DNA of 64,000 nt from a virus (lineage: Duplodnaviria; Heunggongvirae; Uroviricota; Caudoviricetes). Below are positions 44,014 through 50,511 of this stretch, piece after piece. Made by a program: the position numbers and the translations under genes. The notes beneath the pieces were generated by a model. It worked only from the letters and a program-made list of their open reading frames with translations. It was not told the origin of the DNA and ran no database searches. Location: IMG/VR virus record IMGVR_UViG_3300011338_000526. One strand, written 5' to 3'. Numbering within the stretch: position 1 is the first letter of the stretch; each line of letters starts with the position of its first letter.

Positions 44014-44085
44014 ACGGGGCATCCAGTTTCCTGTGCGGAGCAGGAGATTATGGTTGCAGCTGATAAGCTTCTATCGCCCGTACCA
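44014..44085 (+). ncRNA. CCA-ending tRNA-like element
   Basis: ACGGG pairs with CCCGT followed by ACCA; internal hairpins; no canonical T-loop. Confidence 0.35.
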
Positions 44086-44089
44086 TTTT

Positions 44090-44179
44090 GGACGTGACAT
44101 CGGGCGATGACAAGGGCTTTATATTCCCTTTGCAGCTGATTACTGCTTGGATAGGGTTCGATTCCCTACACGTCTACCA
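44090..44179 (+). ncRNA. Non-canonical type II tRNA-like RNA with 9-nt anticodon loop CTTTATATT
   Basis: Acceptor GGACGTG/CACGTCT-ACCA; T-arm TAGGG-TTCGATT-CCCTA; variable arm GCAG/CTGC; tetraloop D-arm. Confidence 0.6.
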
Positions 44180-44182
44180 GTT

Positions 44183-44645
44183 TGTGGTAAGGAAAGTCTA
44201 TTCGGAAGGTAGCGCTGCCAGGGCTGAATAGAATCGGACTGATCATCCGTAAAAGGAGAATGGGCACTTTATCGGAAGGTTATGCAGGGCATAACAAATT
44301 AGGTAAAGAGATACCTCACCTGCCACAATTGATTGCTCGGTTTCGAGCGCACACCTCAAAGACTACCAGGATCAAATGGGCTCTCCTGGTTCAAGATGAC
44401 TGCTGGTTGACCGATAAATCCACCCATGGATTGCAGGGCTCTGGTCTTTGATACTTGTTTGATCTGGATACGGAGTGCATAGCGCCCGTCGTTTATTGAG
44501 AATTCCGGACGACATACGAGCCGAACAACGTGAGGCTCAGCCGATTTCAGTTCCCGTGCCTAGTAGGCTCTAACAGACCGGAAAATGTTAGTGCGAAGAG
44601 CATTGAGGGGAGAGCCTGCTGGCGGGCTAAGTAAAATTCACCAGC
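44183..44645 (+). ncRNA. Large (~470 nt) multi-stem RNA, GOLLD/ROOL-class candidate
   Basis: Many nested stems; bounded by tRNA-like elements; no credible ORF. Confidence 0.55.
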
Positions 44646-44652
44646 ACCTTTT

Positions 44653-44724
44653 GCGGGATTCGTATAAAGGCTATTACCTCAGTCTTCCAAACTGATGATA
44701 GGAGTTCGATTCTCCTATTCCGCT
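44653..44724 (+). tRNA. trnG: tRNA-Gly(TCC)
   Basis: TCAGT-CTTCCAA-ACTGA; no encoded CCA. Confidence 0.85.
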
Positions 44725-44733
44725 TTCCTAATT

Positions 44734-44805
44734 GGCTCTCGAGCAGGTGCTCAGATCGATTTCATAAGTCGATCGTGGTTGGATCGTTACCAACGAGAGC
44801 CTCCA
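44734..44805 (+). tRNA. Compact non-canonical tRNA with CAT anticodon (Met or Ile2)
   Basis: GGCTCTC/GAGAGCC-TCCA; D-arm GAGC-AGGT-GCTC; 7-bp anticodon stem; loop TTCATAA. Confidence 0.6.
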
Positions 44806-44851
44806 CTACAGTTTGCAATAGGAATAAATAACTAAAAGAAGGAACGACAGT

Positions 44852-45157
44852 TTGGCTTACATACGTTTCTCGGAGATTCCATTTGCAAGCGATGATGACA
44901 GAATTGTCTGTGAAGCACTTTACAAATCCATTTGCGAAGCAGAAGATGACCTGATCGATGCTGAGGATCTCTTAGATCGTCTTAACGCTATGGTAGGTAA
45001 GAAAGAAATGACTACGCTGGGCTTACCAAACGTTATCATGCTTGGTAAGATCCTGATGGGTCTGAAGGTTGCTTTCTGGTACTACTCTGGAGTCTCTCCA
45101 GCCGACATACTAGATGATCTTACAGATATTGAGGTCATCGACATTTTTAATCCTTGA
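44852..45157 (+). CDS. Hypothetical protein
   Basis: TTG start with AAGGA RBS. Confidence 0.55.
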   Translation: MAYIRFSEIPFASDDDRIVCEALYKSICEAEDDLIDAEDLLDRLNAMVGKKEMTTLGLPNVIMLGKILMGLKVAFWYYSGVSPADILDDLTDIEVIDIFNP

Positions 45158-45188
45158 CTTATGAGTGAAACCATAGTATAAATACAGT

Positions 45189-45432
45189 GTTGCCGTTGAT
45201 AGCGATCAAATAGGTTGTCCAAGACTCGGGTGCGACTCCCGAAATCTCCACCATATGGGGATTAAGCAGATTTCGATTGGCGTCGTTAAGGGTCGAAGTA
45301 GGTAATGGGTAAGACACGACCCTCAATCAGTTCAAAACAGTAAATGCAAACGATAACGTTGCATTCGAGACAGCACTAGCGGCTTGATCTTGACGGGTTT
45401 ACGGTTGTACCTTGGAACAGAAACAACCGACC
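45189..45432 (+). ncRNA. ssrA: Two-piece (circularly permuted) tmRNA, tag ANDNVAFETALAA
   Basis: Acceptor piece ending AATCTCC-ACCA (45253); 3-nt spacer; coding piece starting GGGGATT (45257) giving G3-U70; tag frame 45346-45387. Outer ends approximate. Confidence 0.9.
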
Positions 45433-45437
45433 AGATT

Positions 45438-45529
45438 GGAAGAATGGCTGAGTCTGGCTTAAAGCACCGCACTTGAAATGCGGCGTACTGTGAAAGGTAC
45501 CGTGGGTTCAAATCCTACTTCTTCCGCCA
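45438..45529 (+). tRNA. trnS: tRNA-Ser(TGA)
   Basis: CCGCA-CTTGAAA-TGCGG; long variable arm; CCA. Confidence 0.92.
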
Positions 45530-45539
45530 ATCCTTTGTT

Positions 45540-45713
45540 ATGGGAATGAACATGAGCTATTCGATCGACGTTCTTAAGAAGTCCGCCTTTCAACACGAGC
45601 TTATGAGCATCTTAGCCTTAGAAGCCGAAGAGAATAGAGACGAGACTTGGGTGATTGTTCAAGATTATTTCAAGGCTCGCATAAAAGAGCTTGACGTAGC
45701 GACGAAACGATAG
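45540..45713 (+). CDS. Small hypothetical protein
   Basis: Manual ORF, 57 aa; its 3' end contains the next promoter. Confidence 0.45.
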   Translation: MGMNMSYSIDVLKKSAFQHELMSILALEAEENRDETWVIVQDYFKARIKELDVATKR

Positions 45714-45729
45714 TATAATACGTTATTAC

Positions 45730-45806
<77 letters not shown>

Positions 45807-45810
45807 TTTT

Positions 45811-45885
45811 GGGAGATTAGCTCAGAGGTAGAGCTCCTGCTTTACACGCAGATTGTCGGCGGTTCGATCCCGTCATCTCCCACCA
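45811..45885 (+). tRNA. trnV: tRNA-Val(TAC)
   Basis: Loop TTTACAC; CCA. Confidence 0.9.
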
Positions 45886-45891
45886 AGTTTT

Positions 45892-46008
45892 GGACGTGAT
45901 GTTGTAGAGTTCGAATCTCTAATGACTAGCAATAGTCGTCCCTGGCGGGCTAGACTAAGGTGACGGGATTGCGCATCCCATTCGGTTCGATTCCGGGCAC
46001 GTCCACCA
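45892..46008 (+). ncRNA. 117-nt tRNA-like RNA with extra arms
   Basis: GGACGTG/CACGTCC-ACCA; T-arm; second T-loop-like hairpin TAGAG-TTCGAAT-CTCTA; no clear anticodon arm. Confidence 0.6.
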
Positions 46009-46013
46009 ATTTT

Positions 46014-46089
46014 GCCACCTTGGTATAGCTGGTGCGTACATACGCCTGAAGAGCGTGGGGACTCTGTTCGATTCAGAGAGGTGGCACCA
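46014..46089 (+). tRNA. trnF: tRNA-Phe(GAA)
   Basis: TACGC-CTGAAGA-GCGTG; CCA. Confidence 0.9.
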
Positions 46090-46095
46090 CATTTT

Positions 46096-46296
46096 ATGGA
46101 GACTAGAGTGGAAACGAAAGAGATTGTTCTTTGTCCGACTTGTAACGGATCGGGTCAGACCTCATATGAGGAATGTGTTGATTACCATAAGAGGGACTAT
46201 GAGACGATCTATGAAACCTGCAAGCGTTGCGATGGCACAGGTCGTCTGAAGAAGATTACGGTTGTTACGCTCGAAAAGCTTACACCGAGGAGTTAA
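46096..46296 (+). CDS. DnaJ-type zinc-finger small protein
   Basis: CPTCNGSG...CKRCDGTG; start could be GTG 46108. Confidence 0.7.
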   Translation: METRVETKEIVLCPTCNGSGQTSYEECVDYHKRDYETIYETCKRCDGTGRLKKITVVTLEKLTPRS

Positions 46297-46297
46297 T

Positions 46298-46368
46298 TGC
46301 CTGATAGTTTAACGGTAGAACTCTGGTTTTTGGTACCAGGTATCCTCGTTCGAATCGAGGTCGGGCAT
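46298..46368 (+). tRNA. trnQ: tRNA-Gln(TTG)
   Basis: CTGGT-TTTTGGT-ACCAG; no encoded CCA. Confidence 0.8.
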
Positions 46369-46386
46369 TCATCTAAGGAGGATCCA

Positions 46387-46587
46387 TTGAGAGAAAGTGG
46401 TCGTTCTATCCGTCGTCATAATCGCGAGCGGATGAAGAGGAAGGCAGAGGTTGTTACAGCCAAGTGGGGTTGTAACCTATCAGTCAGCAAGCTAGCTGAC
46501 AACCTAGCCTTCTGTTCCTGTTCAATGTGTGGTAATCCTAGACGATGGTTTAAGAAAAAGACCATACAAGAGTTAAAGTCAGAATAG
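46387..46587 (+). CDS. Small basic Cys-containing phage protein
   Basis: CSCSMCGNPRR; TTG start with GGAGG RBS. Confidence 0.6.
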   Translation: MRESGRSIRRHNRERMKRKAEVVTAKWGCNLSVSKLADNLAFCSCSMCGNPRRWFKKKTIQELKSE

Positions 46588-46588
46588 C

Positions 46589-46664
46589 TGCCCACTAGAT
46601 CAACTGGAAGATCGCCTGTCTCTGAAACAGGAGGTTCCTCGTTCGAACCGAGGGTGGGCATCCA
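46589..46664 (+). tRNA. trnQ: tRNA-Gln(CTG)
   Basis: CCTGT-CTCTGAA-ACAGG; CCA. Confidence 0.9.
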
Positions 46665-46672
46665 AAGTTTAC

Positions 46673-46755
46673 GCTCTCGTATCCACCCTGACTACGAATC
46701 AGGAGTAAGGTAACTGGATAGGAAGATGCAGGTTCGAATCCTGTCGGGAGCTCCA
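46673..46755 (+). tRNA. Non-canonical tRNA-Arg(ACG) lacking a conventional D-arm
   Basis: GCTCTCG/CGGGAGC-TCCA; CCTGA-CTACGAA-TCAGG; TATCCA pairs with downstream TGGATA. Confidence 0.65.
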
Positions 46756-46759
46756 TATT

Positions 46760-46836
46760 GCGCATGTGATGAAATTGGTAAACATACTGGTCTTAGAAAC
46801 CAGGTCTTGGGGGTTCAAGTCCCTCCATGCGCACCA
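46760..46836 (+). tRNA. trnL: tRNA-Leu(TAG), short variable arm
   Basis: CTGGT-CTTAGAA-ACCAG; CCA. Confidence 0.85.
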
Positions 46837-46875
46837 ACCTTTTATTATGACAACAACAAGTGATGGAGATATATT

Positions 46876-47883
46876 ATGCGTCGTGTTCTTCTTGCCTGCA
46901 CTATTTTGATGTCTGTAACTCTTTCGGCTCATGCTCAGGATCGAGTCAGCCCGAAGGCTATTAACACTGGCGGTCCAGCTGGCGCTTACCACAGCACTTT
47001 CTGCCCGCCAATCCCGAATGTTCTTTCGAACGCTTACTTCCAGGGTTATGCGTGCACTCCCTCGGCTGGTACGGTTCAGAATATCCAGCGAGTCCTTCAG
47101 CAGCCTACGAATATCGGGTTTGCTCAGCTTGATGTGTTTGCTCGTGAAGCGAGCCAGCGCCCTGCAGAGTTTGAGCGTCTCTCGCTGATTCGTACGGACA
47201 TTGCCTGCGAGGGTCTCTGGATGGTGACTAAGAACCCCGATATCGACTTTGGTCGCGTTCTTGGTCTTGCTCGTCGAATTCAGTGGGTTCTTCCTCCTCA
47301 GGGAAGTGGTTCTACTGCCAGCTTCAACTACCTGCGCTCTATCGATCCGGATGGTCTCGGTCGAGTTCCTGATACCAACATCACCTATATGAATGATGCG
47401 ACTTCGGTCCTCAATCGTATTGCTGACTCTACGAATGGTGAAGTTGGCTTCTTTGTTCAGTTTGCCGATCCTCGTAACGCTAACATTCGCTTGATTGCTG
47501 AGCGCGGTCTTCGGGTGATTCCGGTGATTAGCCGAGAGATCCTTCGTGCTAATGTTGGTGGAACTCAGGTCTATCAGGCTCAGACCTTCCAGCTGACTCA
47601 GGGCGGAATGTTCGGTATCGGTGGACGTGCCCAGACTGCTACGACTGCTTGCACTCCGGTTGCTGTCTTTACCGGTTCATCTGCAGCCTTCTCGGAACGT
47701 AACGGTCAGGATGATGCTCGTGAGTTGATTGCCCGAGTACAGGCTGTGCCTCGTAATTCGCTGATGCCTCAGGACAATGCCATCCAGGCTATCCTCAATG
47801 GCGCCACTCGCCTGAGTCAGAGTGCTATTGACAATGCGATTGCTGGTGTAGAGGCGGCACGTCGTTCGGTGGAGAATCGGTAA
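46876..47883 (+). CDS. TAXI-family TRAP solute-binding-like protein
   Basis: Signal peptide ending AHA; INTGGPAGAYH; S.G...N...V; GFAQLD; GSGS motif. Confidence 0.6.
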   Translation: MRRVLLACTILMSVTLSAHAQDRVSPKAINTGGPAGAYHSTFCPPIPNVLSNAYFQGYACTPSAGTVQNIQRVLQQPTNIGFAQLDVFAREASQRPAEFERLSLIRTDIACEGLWMVTKNPDIDFGRVLGLARRIQWVLPPQGSGSTASFNYLRSIDPDGLGRVPDTNITYMNDATSVLNRIADSTNGEVGFFVQFADPRNANIRLIAERGLRVIPVISREILRANVGGTQVYQAQTFQLTQGGMFGIGGRAQTATTACTPVAVFTGSSAAFSERNGQDDARELIARVQAVPRNSLMPQDNAIQAILNGATRLSQSAIDNAIAGVEAARRSVENR

Positions 47884-48308
47884 TGATCAGTCGTATCTCC
47901 ATCTGGTGGTGGTTTGCGATTATTCTAACTCTGGTCTACAGTTTCTACAATCCAGTCGGTTTCAGCCTATATCATATGTGGGCTGGAACGGAGAATCTTG
48001 ATAACGTTTCGTTCAAGACTCTGCTGACGGTGGCTCTACTAACGGTCCTTGGATTGATCGCGTATGGCACATATCAGGCGATCACGGTCTATGGTTTAGC
48101 CGTGATTGTCGGGATTGTAGGAATCGTCCTTTGGTGCGTTAACGAGTTTGTTACGCTCTCGGTATTCAGCCCAACGTTCTTTGCCTGGGCTACTCAACCG
48201 ATCGTCGCTGTCATCCTTACTATCGGATGGCAGTGGCCAAAGATCTGGCGCTCGGCTACTGGTACGGTTACGACCGACGATATTGATAACCATCATCACC
48301 ATGCCTAA
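47883..48308 (+). CDS. Four-TM membrane protein
   Basis: Hydrophobic segments; coupled to the TAXI-like gene; His-rich C-terminus. Confidence 0.65.
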   Translation: MISRISIWWWFAIILTLVYSFYNPVGFSLYHMWAGTENLDNVSFKTLLTVALLTVLGLIAYGTYQAITVYGLAVIVGIVGIVLWCVNEFVTLSVFSPTFFAWATQPIVAVILTIGWQWPKIWRSATGTVTTDDIDNHHHHA

Positions 48309-48573
48309 AGATTCTCCTTTCAAGAAGAAGCTTCAGAGAATCCAAGGCAAGATGCAGAAACTTCACGATGAGCTAAAAAGTTTGCGTGAAGAGTGCCCGC
48401 ACCAGAATTTGACGTATAAGTATGGTGGTGATAGTGGCAACTACGATCGATCGCAAGATTGTTATTGGATCGATTGGGGCTGTAGCGACTGTGATAAGCG
48501 TTGGACGACAAGTCAGGATAATTCGTATCATCTCACGAGTGTCGTCTATCCGCACGCAATAAGAATTAGATAA
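48301..48573 (+). CDS. Hypothetical protein (CPH, CxxC)
   Basis: MPKDSPFKKK...ECPH...GNYD...YW...CSDC. Confidence 0.6.
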   Translation: MPKDSPFKKKLQRIQGKMQKLHDELKSLREECPHQNLTYKYGGDSGNYDRSQDCYWIDWGCSDCDKRWTTSQDNSYHLTSVVYPHAIRIR

Positions 48574-48580
48574 CGTTTAT

Positions 48581-48655
48581 GGCGGTGTTAGCTCAAAGGA
48601 AGAGCACTGGTTTGTGACGCCAGGGATACGGTTTCGAGATCCGTACATCGCCCCA
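48581..48655 (+). tRNA. trnH: tRNA-His(GTG) with G-1
   Basis: Loop TTGTGAC; C73; CCA. Confidence 0.9.
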
Positions 48656-48658
48656 TTA

Positions 48659-48805
48659 GTTGATACCAGCGCGCGAAAGCGGACTAACCATCTACCCCAC
48701 TCACTAGGGGACGTCACGATCCTGACTCTATCATTGTGGTAGTGATCGAGAGCAGGAGGGCAGGGCTAAGGACCAGCTCTTAAACGTGAAGTGAGTGGTA
48801 TCGAC
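48659..48805 (+). ncRNA. Unclassified multi-stem RNA (~147 nt)
   Basis: 10-bp terminal stem, GAAA tetraloop, several nested helices. Confidence 0.5.
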
Positions 48806-48817
48806 ATGTATTTTTAA

Positions 48818-48893
48818 GGGGGCATAACTCAGTTGGTAGAGTGTTAGCTTTGCAAGCTAAATGTCGTCGGTTCGATCCCGACTGCTTCCACCA
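48818..48893 (+). tRNA. trnA: tRNA-Ala(TGC)
   Basis: TTAGC-TTTGCAA-GCTAA; G3-U70; CCA. Confidence 0.92.
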
Positions 48894-48900
48894 CTTTTAA

Positions 48901-48978
48901 TGCGGAGTAGAGCAGTCTGGTAGCTCGTCAGCCTCATAAGCTGAAGGTCGTTGGTTCAAATCCAGCCTCTCGCATCCA
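48901..48978 (+). tRNA. trnM: tRNA-Met(CAT), fMet-like body with bulged acceptor stem
   Basis: TCAGC-CTCATAA-GCTGA; CCA; lacks the three anticodon-stem G-C pairs of initiator tRNA. Confidence 0.85.
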
Positions 48979-48982
48979 ATTT

Positions 48983-49056
48983 GCTCTATTCGTTTAATGG
49001 TAGGACGTTCCCCTGTCCAGGGAATAGCAGCGGTTCGATTCCGCTATAGAGCGCCA
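48983..49056 (+). tRNA. trnD: tRNA-Asp(GTC)
   Basis: TTCCC-CTGTCCA-GGGAA; CCA. Confidence 0.85.
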
Positions 49057-49058
49057 GT

Positions 49059-49144
49059 ATTGTGTGTCTAGCTGACGAGCGAAAGCCCATTGAAGTTGAG
49101 TAGAGAAGTCGCGCTCTCGAGGGGATGGAGGGTTGATACACAAT
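49059..49144 (+). ncRNA. Unclassified structured RNA (~86 nt)
   Basis: 10-bp terminal stem; GC-GAAA-GC; CCATT/GATGG. Confidence 0.4.
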
Positions 49145-49152
49145 CGCGTTTT

Positions 49153-49242
49153 GGAAGGATGGCTGAGAGGTCTAAAGCACTCGGTTGCTAACTGAGCGAT
49201 CCTTAATCGGGTCCGTGGGTTCGAATCCCACTTCTTCCGCCA
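49153..49242 (+). tRNA. trnS: tRNA-Ser(GCT)
   Basis: CTCGG-TTGCTAA-CTGAG; long variable arm; CCA. Confidence 0.92.
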
Positions 49243-49243
49243 A

Positions 49244-50011
49244 TCAATATGTCGCCTTGATTTTCATTTCACCATCGGCGCCAAGCATCAAAAGTTGAAA
49301 TTCACCATCCGTTGTTTCAACGATAGCTGAGCAAGTTTCGACCCAATCTCCGTCGTTGATATACACAGTCCCGTTGATGATCTTAATTGCCGGAGTGTGT
49401 ATGTGACCGCATATCACGCCATGGCAATTTTGTTTCTTAGCATGGTCGGCTAGATTTTCTTCAAATTTGCAAATGAAGTCTATCGCTTGCTTTGTTTTAG
49501 ATTTAACGTGCTGGCTGAGACTCCAGTACCCCAGCCCCAAACACTTCCTTACTCTGTTGACTAATCCATTGCAATTCAACAACACACTGTATGCAATGTC
49601 TCCGGCAAGGCTGACGATCTTCCAGTTTCTGACTACCTGATCAAACTGATCACCGTGCGTCACAAACCACTTCCTACCTTTAACATCGACGTAATCAAAA
49701 TGGTTGTTTACGGCTATGTTGCCTAGCTTCATATCAACGTTGAGCCAAGATCTCAAAAACTCATCGTGGTTGCCGATGATGTAAAAGATGTTGGTTCCTC
49801 GTTTAGCCTTGGTAAGAAGTCTTCTTATCACATTGCTATGCTCTTGTGGCCAATTCCAGCCTCTTTGAAGCTTCCAGCCGTCTATGAAATCGCCCACGAT
49901 AAAAAGATTCTCGCAATCGACGCTCTTGAGGAAAGCACAAAGCTGCTCAGCTTTACAAGAGTTCGTGCCAAGATGAACATCGGAAATCCATATAGACTTA
50001 TACTTTTTCAT
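49244..50011 (-). CDS. LpxH-like UDP-2,3-diacylglucosamine hydrolase family metallophosphoesterase
   Basis: ISDVHLG, GDFIDGW, GNHDEF, HGDQFD, CGHIH, NDGDWVE. Confidence 0.8.
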   Translation of the reverse strand: MKKYKSIWISDVHLGTNSCKAEQLCAFLKSVDCENLFIVGDFIDGWKLQRGWNWPQEHSNVIRRLLTKAKRGTNIFYIIGNHDEFLRSWLNVDMKLGNIAVNNHFDYVDVKGRKWFVTHGDQFDQVVRNWKIVSLAGDIAYSVLLNCNGLVNRVRKCLGLGYWSLSQHVKSKTKQAIDFICKFEENLADHAKKQNCHGVICGHIHTPAIKIINGTVYINDGDWVETCSAIVETTDGEFQLLMLGADGEMKIKATY

Positions 50012-50032
50012 TAGCGACTCCCTTTTCGGAAC

Positions 50033-50050
50033 TATTTATTTTGATAAATA
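50033..50050. promoter_or_regulatory. Back-to-back late-like promoters (AATAAATA on minus, GATAAATA on plus)
   Basis: tatttatt 50033-40 and gataaata 50043-50 lie between the divergent genes. Confidence 0.55.
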
Positions 50051-50087
50051 CTCCCACCTTCAACAATTTAGATAGGATTCTCATGGG

Positions 50088-50447
50088 ATGTTCAACGTAT
50101 CACCGCTCGGGCGGCACATGATTCTTGAGGTCTGGGGCGAACCCGGATCTCTTTATTTTTGGAACATGGACGAAGCAGCTGCGGCTCTAGTCCAGGCAGC
50201 TAAAGATGCTGGCGCTACTGTTCTTTCTGAACGATGGCACCATTTCGGTAGTGGGTACGGTTATACCGGAGTTGTGATTCTGTCCGAGAGTCATATATCC
50301 GTTCATACTTGGCCAGAGAAAGGCTATGCAGCGATCGACGTATTTATGTGCGGTGATTGCGATCCCCAGGACACTTTGATACCGATTCTTACCTTCTATA
50401 AGGCGGAGAGGCACTCGGTTCAGATCATAAGAAGGGGTATCGAGTAA
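50088..50447 (+). CDS. speD: S-adenosylmethionine decarboxylase proenzyme (class 1B)
   Basis: G.HMILE, H.F...G.TGV..LSESHISVHTWPE.GYAA.DVFMCG. Confidence 0.9.
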   Translation: MFNVSPLGRHMILEVWGEPGSLYFWNMDEAAAALVQAAKDAGATVLSERWHHFGSGYGYTGVVILSESHISVHTWPEKGYAAIDVFMCGDCDPQDTLIPILTFYKAERHSVQIIRRGIE

Positions 50448-50511
50448 GCTATTGAAAACATTGGATTAAATTTTTCTCGAAAAAGCTCAAAATAATTTAT
50501 CCAATCAAATC

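Noticed and set aside
44186-44650. RNase P RNA (AAGGAAAGTC resembles conserved region I)
   Set aside because: The following bases pair locally instead of forming P4, and no ACAGAANNCGGCUUA-type 3' region is present.
49069-49090. Hammerhead ribozyme (CTGACGA...GAAA)
   Set aside because: The only GAAA is the loop of the 2-bp stem; no second GAAA or stem III with a cleavage triplet.
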